From positions 1-52,536 of the forward strand of contig CAZXOD010000001.1 of the NCBI GenBank assembly GCA_964642285.1: DNA of 52,536 nt. Reading direction: 5' to 3'. The translations under genes were made by a program, and so were the position numbers. The notes beneath the pieces are model-generated. The model saw only the letters and a program-made list of their open reading frames with translations. It did not search any database and was not told the DNA's origin. The DNA comes from an uncultured Synergistaceae bacterium (lineage in GTDB: Bacteria; Synergistota; Synergistia; Synergistales; Aminobacteriaceae). Every line of letters starts with the position of its first letter. Within the stretch, counting starts at the first letter, position 1. This document shows positions 9,196 through 18,132 of the stretch, one piece after another.

Positions 9196-10872
9196 ATGGA
9201 AGGCGTTGAGGCAACCCTCCGGCAGATAGTCGGGGGGGCGGTAAGGGAGGCGGCGTCGGAGAAAGGCATATCTCTTTCCGAACTGCCTGAAATCATCTTT
9301 GAAAAACCCAGGCGGGAAGGCCAGGGGGATCTGTCGACGAACTGCGCCATGCAGATGGGCAGGCTCCTCGGCGAAAAGCCCGCCGACCTGGCAAAAAAAA
9401 TAACGGCCAAGCTCTCCTCGAATCCCTATCTCGACAGGGTGGAGACGGCGGGCCCCGGCTTTATAAACTTTTTCCTCTCCCCTCTGTGGATGGGAGAGGT
9501 CCTGGAGGAGATTCTCGCCCGGGGAGGGAAATGGGGCGCGTCAGACCTGGGCAGGGGCAGAAAAGTCCAGGTGGAGTTCGTCAGCGCCAACCCCACCGGC
9601 CCCCTGCACGTAGGCCACGGCCGGGGCGCCGCGGTGGGCGACATTGTCGCCAACATCCTGGCCTTCACGGGCTGGCAGGTGGAGCGGGAGTACTACATCA
9701 ACGACGCGGGGCTTCAGATGGACCTGCTGGGGCTCTCCGTCCAGGCCCGCTACTTTGAAATAGCCGGCCGGCCTGAGGAGGCGCCCTTCCCTGAGGACGG
9801 CTACAAGGGTCGGTATATCTACGACGCGGCCGAGGCGGTCAGGAGCCGGGAGGGGGACAGATTTCTCACCGTACCCACCGGGGAGAGCCTGACCTTTTTT
9901 AAAACCTATTCGGCGGACGCCATCCTGGACTCCATCAAGAAGGATCTGGCGGACTTCGGCGTAAACTTTGATGTTTGGTTCTCCGAGAAGACCCTCTATG
10001 AGCGGAATCTTGTCCCCTCTGCCATGGAGACCCTGAAGGAGCGGGGCTTCGCCTTCGAGAACGAAGGCGCCCTGTGGTTTAAATCCACCGATTTCACCGA
10101 CGAAAAGGACAGGGTCCTAATCCGGGCAAACGGGGCCCCCACCTATTTCGCCTCGGATATCGCCTATCATAAAGATAAGTTCGACCGGGGCTTCGACAGA
10201 GTCATTGACGTGTGGGGAGCGGACCATCACGGCTATGTCCCCAGGATGAAGGCCGGCGTCCAGTCCCTTGGAAGGGATCCCGCCGATCTCGAAATTCTTC
10301 TGATACAGTTTGTAAATCTGCTCAGGGACGGCGCCCAGGTAGCTATGTCCACCCGGTCGGGAGAGTTTGTCACCCTCAGGGACGTGGTGGGGGAGGTGGG
10401 CGCCGACGCAGCAAGGTTCTTCTTCGTCATGCGGAGGAATGACTCCCATCTCGATTTCGACCTGGAGCTGGCTAAACGCACCTCCAACGACAACCCCGTC
10501 TACTACGTCCAGTACGCCCACGCCCGTATATGCAGCGTGCTGCGGGAGGCAGAGGCAAGAGGCGCCCGTGTTTGCGGCGAAAATAAAGTCAGAGGGGAAG
10601 TATTCGCCTCTGCGGAGGAGAAGAAGCTCCTGTCCCGGTTGGCCGATTTTCCAAAGGAGGCGGAGAAGGCCTCTCGGGAGCTGGCTCCCCACATTCTGGT
10701 GAAATACGTCTCGGACCTGGCGGCTGATTTCCACTCCTTCTACAACGCTAACAGGGTTCTGGGAGAGGCAGAGGAGATTACGGAGGCAAGGCTGCTGCTT
10801 GTAAAAGCTTCCGGGATGGTTATTGCCTCCGTGCTGGGCCTTCTGGGAGTTAAAGCCCCGGAGAGGATGTAA
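9196..10872 (+). CDS. argS: Arginine--tRNA ligase
   Basis: VEFVSANPTGPLHVGHGRGA (HIGH), MSTRSG, YYVQYAHARI, C-terminal APERM. Confidence 0.98.
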   Translation: MEGVEATLRQIVGGAVREAASEKGISLSELPEIIFEKPRREGQGDLSTNCAMQMGRLLGEKPADLAKKITAKLSSNPYLDRVETAGPGFINFFLSPLWMGEVLEEILARGGKWGASDLGRGRKVQVEFVSANPTGPLHVGHGRGAAVGDIVANILAFTGWQVEREYYINDAGLQMDLLGLSVQARYFEIAGRPEEAPFPEDGYKGRYIYDAAEAVRSREGDRFLTVPTGESLTFFKTYSADAILDSIKKDLADFGVNFDVWFSEKTLYERNLVPSAMETLKERGFAFENEGALWFKSTDFTDEKDRVLIRANGAPTYFASDIAYHKDKFDRGFDRVIDVWGADHHGYVPRMKAGVQSLGRDPADLEILLIQFVNLLRDGAQVAMSTRSGEFVTLRDVVGEVGADAARFFFVMRRNDSHLDFDLELAKRTSNDNPVYYVQYAHARICSVLREAEARGARVCGENKVRGEVFASAEEKKLLSRLADFPKEAEKASRELAPHILVKYVSDLAADFHSFYNANRVLGEAEEITEARLLLVKASGMVIASVLGLLGVKAPERM

Positions 10873-10877
10873 TTAAT

Positions 10878-11180
10878 GTGCTCAGGCTCAGGTGGATTTT
10901 CCTTGCAGCCCTGCTCTCTCTGCTGGCGGCGATAACGGCCACGGCTTATTTCCTGGAGATCAGGAAGATAAATCGGCTCACCGCCCTGGCGGACGAGCGG
11001 ATGGCGGTGCTGGTGTCCATGAGCAGGTCTGTCCAGGAGCTCAGGGATAAGGCCGACTTCTACAGCACTCAGGAGGGAGTGGCCCACCTGGCCAGAGAGC
11101 AGTACAACCTTTCTTTTCCGGGGGAGATAGTGTTCAAGATAGAGGTAGAGAGAAAATCCTTGCCTGAAAAGGGGCAATAG
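10878..11180 (+). CDS. Septum formation initiator family protein (FtsB/DivIC-like)
   Basis: One N-terminal TM helix, a coiled coil, and the AREQYNLSFPGE motif. Confidence 0.75.
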   Translation: MLRLRWIFLAALLSLLAAITATAYFLEIRKINRLTALADERMAVLVSMSRSVQELRDKADFYSTQEGVAHLAREQYNLSFPGEIVFKIEVERKSLPEKGQ

Positions 11181-11188
11181 GGTATAAT
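11160..11188 (+). promoter_or_regulatory. Promoter of the rpsF operon
   Basis: TTGCCT - 17 bp - TATAAT. Confidence 0.7.
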
Positions 11189-11201
11189 TCTCTGCTGTGC
11201 G

Positions 11202-11252
11202 TTCCCTGCCCCTTCCATGCGGAAGGGGCCATTAGTCCGAAGGGAGGAGGTG
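11202..11252 (+). ncRNA. S6:S18 ribosomal protein leader (cis-regulatory RNA)
   Basis: TTCCCT anti-SD arm, hairpin GCCCCTTCC-ATGC-GGAAGGGGC, CCA, TTAGTCC, then the SD GGAGG; same layout as Firmicute rpsF leaders. Confidence 0.75.
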
Positions 11253-11259
11253 AAGAGAC

Positions 11260-11544
11260 GTGCGGCCCTATGAAATGATGGTGCTTTTGAGCGCTGAAAT
11301 CGAAGATCCCAAAGATGAAATCGAAAAGATCGAGGAGGTCGTGCGCAATCTTGGCGGAGAGTCGGTGAAGACCGACTTCTGGGGTAAGAGGCGCCTTGCA
11401 TACCCCATCGACAAGAAGAACGAAGGCTACTATGCGGTGTGCAACTTTTCGATCGATCCCGGGCAGCTTGTAGAGCTCAACCGTGTGCTTGGACTGCGCC
11501 CCGCAATTTATCGCCAGATGGCAGTCAGCCTTGACGAAAAATAA
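11260..11544 (+). CDS. rpsF: 30S ribosomal protein S6
   Basis: MRPYEMM..WGKRRLAYPI..EGYY. Confidence 0.96.
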   Translation: MRPYEMMVLLSAEIEDPKDEIEKIEEVVRNLGGESVKTDFWGKRRLAYPIDKKNEGYYAVCNFSIDPGQLVELNRVLGLRPAIYRQMAVSLDEK

Positions 11545-11556
11545 GGAGGCAGCCCC

Positions 11557-12042
11557 ATGGCAAGAGATTTGAACAAGGTCATTCTGCTGGGCAACCTGGC
11601 CAGGGACCCGGAACTGCGCTACTCGGTGGACAAGCGGGCCATGGCCCGTTTTGCCGTGGCCGTCAACAACTCCTGGAAGGACAGGAACGGCGAACTGCAG
11701 GAGAGCGTGGATTTTATCCCCGTTGTCGTCTGGGGGCCCATGGCGGAAAACTGCGAGCGGTACCTTAAAAAGGGAAGCCGGGTGCTGGTTGAAGGCCGGA
11801 TTCAGGTTCGGAGCTACGAGGCAAAGGACGGCTCCGGAAAAAGGTACGCCACCGACGTGGTAGCCTCGGCTGTGAGCTTCCAGGATTCGCGGCGCCGGGA
11901 CGAATCCCAGGGTTCCTTCGGTGATGACGAAGGCTTTGGCGACAGCGTCCGTAAGGACCGCCGCTTCAGCTCCCAGGAGGATGACTTCCCCATGGATATT
12001 TCTGAGGTGAATGAGGAAGAGGATGCGGATATCCCCTTCTAG
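11557..12042 (+). CDS. ssb: Single-stranded DNA-binding protein
   Basis: LNKVILLGNLARDPELRY, KKGSRVLVEGRI, acidic tail ending DIPF. Confidence 0.97.
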   Translation: MARDLNKVILLGNLARDPELRYSVDKRAMARFAVAVNNSWKDRNGELQESVDFIPVVVWGPMAENCERYLKKGSRVLVEGRIQVRSYEAKDGSGKRYATDVVASAVSFQDSRRRDESQGSFGDDEGFGDSVRKDRRFSSQEDDFPMDISEVNEEEDADIPF

Positions 12043-12074
12043 TATCAGGGTTCGTTTGAAGGAGGAAGTGCGTG

Positions 12075-12359
12075 ATGGCTGTTAACGAGGGCAGAACGGA
12101 AGGCAGAGGCCCCGGCGGAGGGGCCCGCGGCGGCGGCCGCAGAGGCGGCAGGCGTCGCCCGAAGGTATGTTTCTTCTGCGTGGATAAAATAGAAAATGTG
12201 GATTATAAAGATGTGGAAAAGCTTCGCAAGTATATCAGCGAAAGGGGCAAAATAATGCCCCGCCGGGTGACCGGCAACTGCGCGAAGCACCAGAGACAGC
12301 TTACCGGGGCAATCAAAAGGGCAAGATACATGGCTCTTCTCCCCTTCTCCATGGAGTAG
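12075..12359 (+). CDS. rpsR: 30S ribosomal protein S18 (zinc-binding C+ type)
   Basis: [35 protein letters not shown]; Gly/Arg-rich N-terminus; alternative GTG start at 12072. Confidence 0.96.
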   Translation: MAVNEGRTEGRGPGGGARGGGRRGGRRRPKVCFFCVDKIENVDYKDVEKLRKYISERGKIMPRRVTGNCAKHQRQLTGAIKRARYMALLPFSME

Positions 12360-12385
12360 GGCCTCGGGGCGGAAAAACGTCCTTT

Positions 12386-12422
12386 TCGGGGGAGGAGCCC
12401 AGCTTCTCCTCCGATATTTTTA
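12386..12422 (+). terminator. Terminator-like hairpin after rpsR
   Basis: TCGGGGGAGGAG-CCCAG-CTTCTCCTCCGA followed by TATTTTT. Confidence 0.55.
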
Positions 12423-12472
12423 TGTCCCCCTGGCCGTTGCCGGTTAAGGGACAGCTGAAAGGAGGCCGAAAG

Positions 12473-13444
12473 GTGTCGCCCACAAGAAGTCTGGTGGAAT
12501 CATCCCTCCTGGCGGGACTTGCCGTAATTTTGTTTCTGGCGGCCCAGTTCCTTCCCATCGTCGGGGCCGCTTTTTCCCTGCTGGCCCCCGCCCCCCTGGT
12601 AGTTCTGGGCCTGCGGCATGACATTAAAAGATCGCTCCTGGGACTCGCGATTGCCACAATTCTCACGGCCATATTTCTGGGCCCTCTCTCGTCCCTCTTC
12701 TTTCTGCTCGGGTTCGGCGTCCTTGGGGTGGGCCTGGGCTATATCGCAAGGCGAAGCTCCTCGGGAGTGGAGGTCATGCTTTTTGGCATCCTTCTTTCCC
12801 TGGGATCCAAGCTGCTTCTCATGGTGATCGCCGCCAAGGTGACGGGGATAAATCCCTTTCAGCTTGACGGCGCCGAGATGCAGGGGATGATAGACAAAAT
12901 CTTTGCGTTTTATGAGTCCGCAGGGATGTCGGGGGAATCCATGAACAAGGTGAAGGAGCAGTTCTCCCAGGCCATGACGGTTATCCCTGTGATTTTCCCG
13001 GCTATTCTGTCCGTAGCGGCGGCCCTGGACTGCTACCTCAGCTATAAGGTCAGCGCCCTCGTGCTGAAGAGGCTGGGGGGCACTACGCTGCCGTCCCTGC
13101 CGTCCTTTGCCGAGTGGAGATTCCCCAAGAGCGTCTTCGGGGCTCTGCTGGCCTCATTTATACTCTCCATTTTACCGGGCCAGGAAGGGGGATGGAACCT
13201 CCCTCTGCGCATCGGAGTAAATGTAAGGATGCTGGTGAACATCCTCTTCCTCCTCCAGGGGCTCTCCCTGTTCTGGTATTTTCTGGGGGGAGGAGAGGGC
13301 ACTCCCCATAAGACGGGACGAATCCTGCGCCCCGCTGTTATAATTGTGGCAGTGTTCATGCCCGCCCTTTCGACCTTTACGGTTATGGCGGGTATTGCCG
13401 ATATGTGGCTGGATTTTCGAACCCGGTTCAGGAGGAATGATTAA
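12473..13444 (+). CDS. YybS/DUF2232 family membrane protein
   Basis: Multi-TM protein, F.EWRFPK, LQGLS and GIADMWLDFR motifs; position between rpsR and rplI; GTG start behind GGAGG. Confidence 0.85.
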   Translation: MSPTRSLVESSLLAGLAVILFLAAQFLPIVGAAFSLLAPAPLVVLGLRHDIKRSLLGLAIATILTAIFLGPLSSLFFLLGFGVLGVGLGYIARRSSSGVEVMLFGILLSLGSKLLLMVIAAKVTGINPFQLDGAEMQGMIDKIFAFYESAGMSGESMNKVKEQFSQAMTVIPVIFPAILSVAAALDCYLSYKVSALVLKRLGGTTLPSLPSFAEWRFPKSVFGALLASFILSILPGQEGGWNLPLRIGVNVRMLVNILFLLQGLSLFWYFLGGGEGTPHKTGRILRPAVIIVAVFMPALSTFTVMAGIADMWLDFRTRFRRND

Positions 13445-13446
13445 AA

Positions 13447-13893
13447 ATGAAATTAATATTAAAACAGGATGTCCGCAAGCTGGGCGCTGCGGGAGATCTG
13501 GTGGAGGCGTCCGACGGCTACGCCCGGAACTTCCTTATACCGAAGGGCCTGGCCGAGGAGGCCACCCCTGAGCGGATGAAGGAGTGGGAGGCCCGGGGAG
13601 AGGCAAAGGTGCGGAGGGAAAAGAAGCTTAAAGCCGAGGCGGAAGAGCTGAGGAAGCGCCTGTCGGGCAAGGCGGTCAGGATCAAGGTAAGCACGGGCGA
13701 GACGGGCAAGCTCTTCGGCAGCGTCACCGCCGCGGATGTGGCGGAAGGCCTGGCCTCCCAACACTCGGCGGAGGTAGACAAGCGGGACGTCCGGATTGCC
13801 GACGCGGTAAAGCAGACGGGGAGCTATCCCTTTACCGTCCGCCTGTACCCCGGCGTCGAAGCCGACATGACCCTGGCAGTAGAGAGCGAATAA
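13447..13893 (+). CDS. rplI: 50S ribosomal protein L9
   Basis: MKLILKQDV..LG..GD..GYARNFLIPKG; GKLFGSVT. Confidence 0.97.
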   Translation: MKLILKQDVRKLGAAGDLVEASDGYARNFLIPKGLAEEATPERMKEWEARGEAKVRREKKLKAEAEELRKRLSGKAVRIKVSTGETGKLFGSVTAADVAEGLASQHSAEVDKRDVRIADAVKQTGSYPFTVRLYPGVEADMTLAVESE

Positions 13894-15245
13894 TGGCGGT
13901 TCTCCCGGCCTGGGACAGAATGCCCCCGGTCTCCCCCGAGGCGGAGCGGGCCGCCCTCGGCGCATGTCTTATGGACAGGGAGGCTTTGGAGACCGTGCTG
14001 GAAATTCTTCAGCCGGAGGACTTCTACGATTTAAACCACAGGGCGGCCTTCGAGGTCATCCACGATATGGCCCGGAAGGAGAAGCCTGTGGACCCCCTTA
14101 CATTCCTGGAGGAGCTCGCCAGGCAGGGGAAGAGCGAGCGGCTGGGGGGCCAGTCCTTCCTGGGCTCTCTTGTGGACAGCGTTCCCACCACTGCCAACGT
14201 GGAGTACCACGCCCGCATAGTGCTGGACAAGGCCATCCACAGGAGGCTCATCAGTGCCGGGAACACCATAGTCAAGCTTGGCTACTCCGAAGAGCTTGAC
14301 CTGGACGAGGCTCTGGAGGAGGCGGAGAGGGCGGTCTTTGAGATCGTCAGGAAGAGAAACGCCACCAACTTCCGCCACGTGGGTGAAGTGCTCGGCAAGA
14401 CCTTCCAGCAGATCGAGGAGCAGTACAACCGGTCTGACCAGGACGTAACCGGGTTCAACTCCGGATTCTACGAGCTGGACAGGCTTACGGGCGGCTTTCA
14501 GCCGGGAAGCCTTAATATCGTCGCCGCCCGCCCGTCCATGGGAAAGACGGCCTTCGCCATAAACATTGCCCAGTTCGGTGGCCATGGAAAGACCCGGCCC
14601 GTGCTGATCTTCAGCCTGGAGATGGGGGCGGAGCAGCTGGTCCAGAGGATGCTGGGGGCGGAGGCAAGGGTTAACATTCATGACCTCAGAAACGGCTCCT
14701 TCCCCAAGTCCGCCTGGGAGGATCTTGCCGACGGAGCGGGAAGGCTGGCCGAGGCGCCCATCTATATCGACGACAGCTCCATGCTCTCCACCATGGAGCT
14801 GAGGGCCCGGTGCCGCCGGTTCAAGTCCAGGCACAAGGATCTGGGACTGGTGGTGGTGGACTACCTTCAGCTTATGAGCGCGTCAAAGCGTACGGACAGC
14901 AAACAGCAGGAGGTGGCGGAGATCTCCCGGGGGCTCAAGGGCATTGCCCGGGAGCTGGAGACCCCCGTCATCGCCCTGTCCCAGCTCTCAAGGGCGGTGG
15001 AGCAGAGAACGGAGAAGAAACCCCAGCTGTCGGACCTCAGGGACAGCGGCGCCATAGAACAGGACGCCGACACGGTGATGCTTCTCTACCGTCCGGGCTA
15101 TTACGAGGCCGGAGCGACGGCCGAGGAAGAGGACAACAGAGCCTTCATTCACCTGGCAAAGCACAGAAACGGCCCCACGGGTGAGATAGGCCTTGTCTTC
15201 CTCAGGGAATACACCCGCTTCGTAAACGCGGACCGCCCCTACTGA
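13893..15245 (+). CDS. dnaB: Replicative DNA helicase
   Basis: AARPSMGKT, FSLEM, VVDYLQLM, ALSQLSR, SDLRDSGAIEQDAD, KHRNGPTG. Confidence 0.97.
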   Translation: MAVLPAWDRMPPVSPEAERAALGACLMDREALETVLEILQPEDFYDLNHRAAFEVIHDMARKEKPVDPLTFLEELARQGKSERLGGQSFLGSLVDSVPTTANVEYHARIVLDKAIHRRLISAGNTIVKLGYSEELDLDEALEEAERAVFEIVRKRNATNFRHVGEVLGKTFQQIEEQYNRSDQDVTGFNSGFYELDRLTGGFQPGSLNIVAARPSMGKTAFAINIAQFGGHGKTRPVLIFSLEMGAEQLVQRMLGAEARVNIHDLRNGSFPKSAWEDLADGAGRLAEAPIYIDDSSMLSTMELRARCRRFKSRHKDLGLVVVDYLQLMSASKRTDSKQQEVAEISRGLKGIARELETPVIALSQLSRAVEQRTEKKPQLSDLRDSGAIEQDADTVMLLYRPGYYEAGATAEEEDNRAFIHLAKHRNGPTGEIGLVFLREYTRFVNADRPY

Positions 15246-15334
15246 TCCTCCCTTGCCCGGAGAGAGCCGGATGGAGTAGAATGTTTTGGAAGGCCCTTTT
15301 ACATCGCCCCAGTCTGGAAAGCCGGAGGATTGAC

Positions 15335-16261
15335 ATGGCGGGAGTCCTGAACTTTTTAAGGAGCGACAGCGTAATGGAAGAAAGAGAGAGGGAAAAACTC
15401 TTTGGGGGAGATGTCCCCCGGAGGCTTGCCGACATACCTGTGGACCTGATAGCCCCCAACGCCTCCCAGCCTCGCCGCCACTTTGACGAGGACGAGCTGA
15501 ATGAACTCGCCTCCTCCATCTCAGAGGTGGGCATCATCCAGCCGGTTGTGGTAATAGCGGTGGACTCGGGATACGAGCTCATCGCCGGAGAGCGCAGGCT
15601 CAGGGCCGCTAAAAAGGCGGGCCTTTCTACCATTCCGGCAGTGGTGACTGAGGCGAACCCTGATGAACAACAGATTTTGGCTCTGGTCGAAAATATTCAG
15701 AGAAGCAACCTGTCGGCGGTGGAAGAGGCGGCGGGCCTTCAGGCCATTATGGACCGCACGGGTATGACCCAGACGGAGCTCGCGGAAAGGCTAGGCCGAT
15801 CCCAGTCCGCCGTTGCCAATAAGCTGCGCCTCCTCCGCCTCGAAGAGCCGGTGCAGCAGCTCATTATGGAGGGGAAACTGGGCGAAAGACAGGCCCGGGC
15901 CCTCCTGGCCCTCCCTCCCGAAGATCAAGCGGCCCTGGCCGCCGAGGCAGCCAGCGAAAACATGGCGGCGGGCGAGGTAGAGCGGCGGGTGAAGGACCGC
16001 GCCACCCCTTCCAGGCAGGCTGTGAAGAAGACCAAAAAGTCGCCCCTGTCCTTCGCCGGGCCCGACGGCCCTACGGGAGATATTCTTAAAGACGTGGCGG
16101 GCCTTGTGGAATCCAGCAGAAAAAAGGGCATTCCGGTGGTCTGGAAAGTGAAGGAGCTCGCCCAGAGAGAACTGGTCATTGAGCTCGTGGTGGACCTGAA
16201 GGGCGCTATGAATCAGCAGGAAAGCGAGGCCAGCGATGAATCCCCCTCCGAACAGCCCTGA
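15335..16261 (+). CDS. ParB/Spo0J-family CTPase with Noc-like signature
   Basis: QPRR.F, GIIQP, AGERRLRA, ENIQR motifs; HTH TQTELAERLGRSQSAVANKLRLL; no adjacent parA; upstream TTGCCC-18-TAGAAT promoter candidate. Confidence 0.88.
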   Translation: MAGVLNFLRSDSVMEEREREKLFGGDVPRRLADIPVDLIAPNASQPRRHFDEDELNELASSISEVGIIQPVVVIAVDSGYELIAGERRLRAAKKAGLSTIPAVVTEANPDEQQILALVENIQRSNLSAVEEAAGLQAIMDRTGMTQTELAERLGRSQSAVANKLRLLRLEEPVQQLIMEGKLGERQARALLALPPEDQAALAAEAASENMAAGEVERRVKDRATPSRQAVKKTKKSPLSFAGPDGPTGDILKDVAGLVESSRKKGIPVVWKVKELAQRELVIELVVDLKGAMNQQESEASDESPSEQP

Positions 16262-17996
16262 ACTCTTGTCCGGGGAGCGTCCATACCCGATTCTCCGGGG
16301 CGTTTTCGCGCCCCTTCTTTTTATCTCCCTGGTTCTGCCTAACCTGGTATTTTCAGGCCCCTACTTTTTTTCAACCCTGCACCTGATGAAGTGGGCAGTC
16401 GCCCTGGCGCCCCTGGCTCTGTGCGGTCTTCTGGCCGGATGGGCCGTAGCCGTCCGGGGAACTGTCAGGACGGTTTTTGCCATCGATGGATTTGCCGTAG
16501 TATGGCTTCTTCTCATTCTTTACGTAACGGCCCAGCCCTTCTGGTCGGGGCTGCGGTCGCCGGAGACATTCTTTCAGGAGTGGTTCTTCTTCGCCTCCCT
16601 CTGGCTGGCCTACATCCTGGCCTGCAGGGCGACGGGGAAGGGCTTTCTGAAGGTCGTCCTGTGGGGAAGCCTGGTCAACTGCGCCCTCAGCGTCCTGTTC
16701 GCGGAGCTCCAGGTGAGGGACGCCTTTCTTCCCTTCTTCATCCTCCCCACGCCGGGATACTACATAGCAAACACCGGCCAGCAGAATATGCTGGCCCTCT
16801 GGCTTGCCGTCGGCGGCCTCAACGGCTCCTTTCTGATCATCTCCGGAGGAAAAAAGGATTTTGCCGGCGGCCTCCCCGCCGCCATTCTCACCGCCGTAGT
16901 CTTCTGGGGACTGATCTCCACCACCAGCCGGTCGGGAATCCTGGCCTTCATCACGGGGCTGATCGTCCTGTCGTGCTACTACCTCAGAAACCTGGGCAGA
17001 AAAAACCTTCCCCGGGTCGCCGCCGCCGCGCTCCTCTTCTGCGCGGTACTGGGGCTCAACCTGCTGCTTAACGAGGGCCGATGGGGGATTCTTATGCACA
17101 AGATGGAGGACGTGCTGGAAAATCCCCTGTCCATCGCCAACAGGGACAGCATATGGGCCACGTCATGGACCATGTACGCTGAGCGGCCTTTAAAAGGGGT
17201 GGGGCTGGGGCAGTACAAGTGGCACTATCTGGATGCCCAGAGGGAGATGCTGAAGCGCTGGCCCGGCATGAAATGGCAGTACACCCACTGGGCCCATAAC
17301 GAGTTTTTGCAGTGGTTTGCCGAAACGGGGACGGTGGGAGGCCTTATTATGGTCTTTCTGTGGGGCTGGTGGGTCCTGTCGGCCTTCTCGGCCTTTTTGC
17401 GCAAAAAGGCGTGTTCTCCCCAGGCCTTCTGGGGGAGCGCCGTAGCTGCCCTGTTTCTGTTCAACGCCCTCTGGACCCGGCCCTTTCACCGGATCGAGAT
17501 CGTACTCTGGCTGGCCCTGGCCTTCGCCGCGGCCAACAGGGAGATGCTCACCCCCCTGTTTCAGTCTCCTCCGCCTGAGGACTTCGAGAAGGGAGGACGG
17601 CTGATAGGCGCCGTTACCGCCGCAGTCTGCGCCATCGGCCTGGTCTACTTCGCCCTGGGGGTGAGGGGAGACCGGCTTCTGCGCCTCGCATCCGAAGAGG
17701 AAGACCCGACGGCGAGGGAGGCGTATATCTCAGGCGCCCTGTCCAGTTTAATGGTCAGGGACCTGGCGGAAAAAGAGAGGGCCTACAATCTTATCTTCAC
17801 CGGGCAGGAGAGCAAGGATCCAGAACTTGTCTCAGAAGGGCTGAACGAGCTCATGGCCTACTTTGAAAAACAGCCTCACGTCAGGGAGCTGAACTACCTT
17901 AAAGACTGGAGCCGTCGTCTTAAAAACGCCCCCCTGTACGAAATGTTCAGCTCCTACGGAGCCCCCGCCTCTGCGGAACCGGTACCGGAGAATTGA
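16236..17996 (+). CDS. O-antigen ligase/Wzy_C family membrane protein, PglL-like O-oligosaccharyltransferase candidate
   Basis: About a dozen hydrophobic segments; TTSRSG, R..IW..P..GVGLGQY and AHNEFLQWFAETG motifs; NTGQQNMLA. Confidence 0.78.
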   Translation: MNPPPNSPELLSGERPYPILRGVFAPLLFISLVLPNLVFSGPYFFSTLHLMKWAVALAPLALCGLLAGWAVAVRGTVRTVFAIDGFAVVWLLLILYVTAQPFWSGLRSPETFFQEWFFFASLWLAYILACRATGKGFLKVVLWGSLVNCALSVLFAELQVRDAFLPFFILPTPGYYIANTGQQNMLALWLAVGGLNGSFLIISGGKKDFAGGLPAAILTAVVFWGLISTTSRSGILAFITGLIVLSCYYLRNLGRKNLPRVAAAALLFCAVLGLNLLLNEGRWGILMHKMEDVLENPLSIANRDSIWATSWTMYAERPLKGVGLGQYKWHYLDAQREMLKRWPGMKWQYTHWAHNEFLQWFAETGTVGGLIMVFLWGWWVLSAFSAFLRKKACSPQAFWGSAVAALFLFNALWTRPFHRIEIVLWLALAFAAANREMLTPLFQSPPPEDFEKGGRLIGAVTAAVCAIGLVYFALGVRGDRLLRLASEEEDPTAREAYISGALSSLMVRDLAEKERAYNLIFTGQESKDPELVSEGLNELMAYFEKQPHVRELNYLKDWSRRLKNAPLYEMFSSYGAPASAEPVPEN

Positions 17997-17997
17997 G

Positions 17998-18026
17998 AAA
18001 GAGCGGGGGACGACCCCGCTCTTTTT
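17998..18026 (+). terminator. Intrinsic terminator
   Basis: AAAGAGCGGGG-GACGA-CCCCGCTCTTTTT. Confidence 0.8.
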
Positions 18027-18132
18027 AAATGACCCTGCGGTTTGGGGGCAGGCGGCGGGGAAAAGGCCAGGACCGTCCACCTTTTTCCCCTTTGGTGTAA
18101 AATCAACTAAAAGCGAAAGGCGGTGATTGCCC

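Noticed and set aside
18027-18132. preQ1 riboswitch upstream of queD
   Set aside because: No preQ1 stem-loop with an A-rich tail is recognisable
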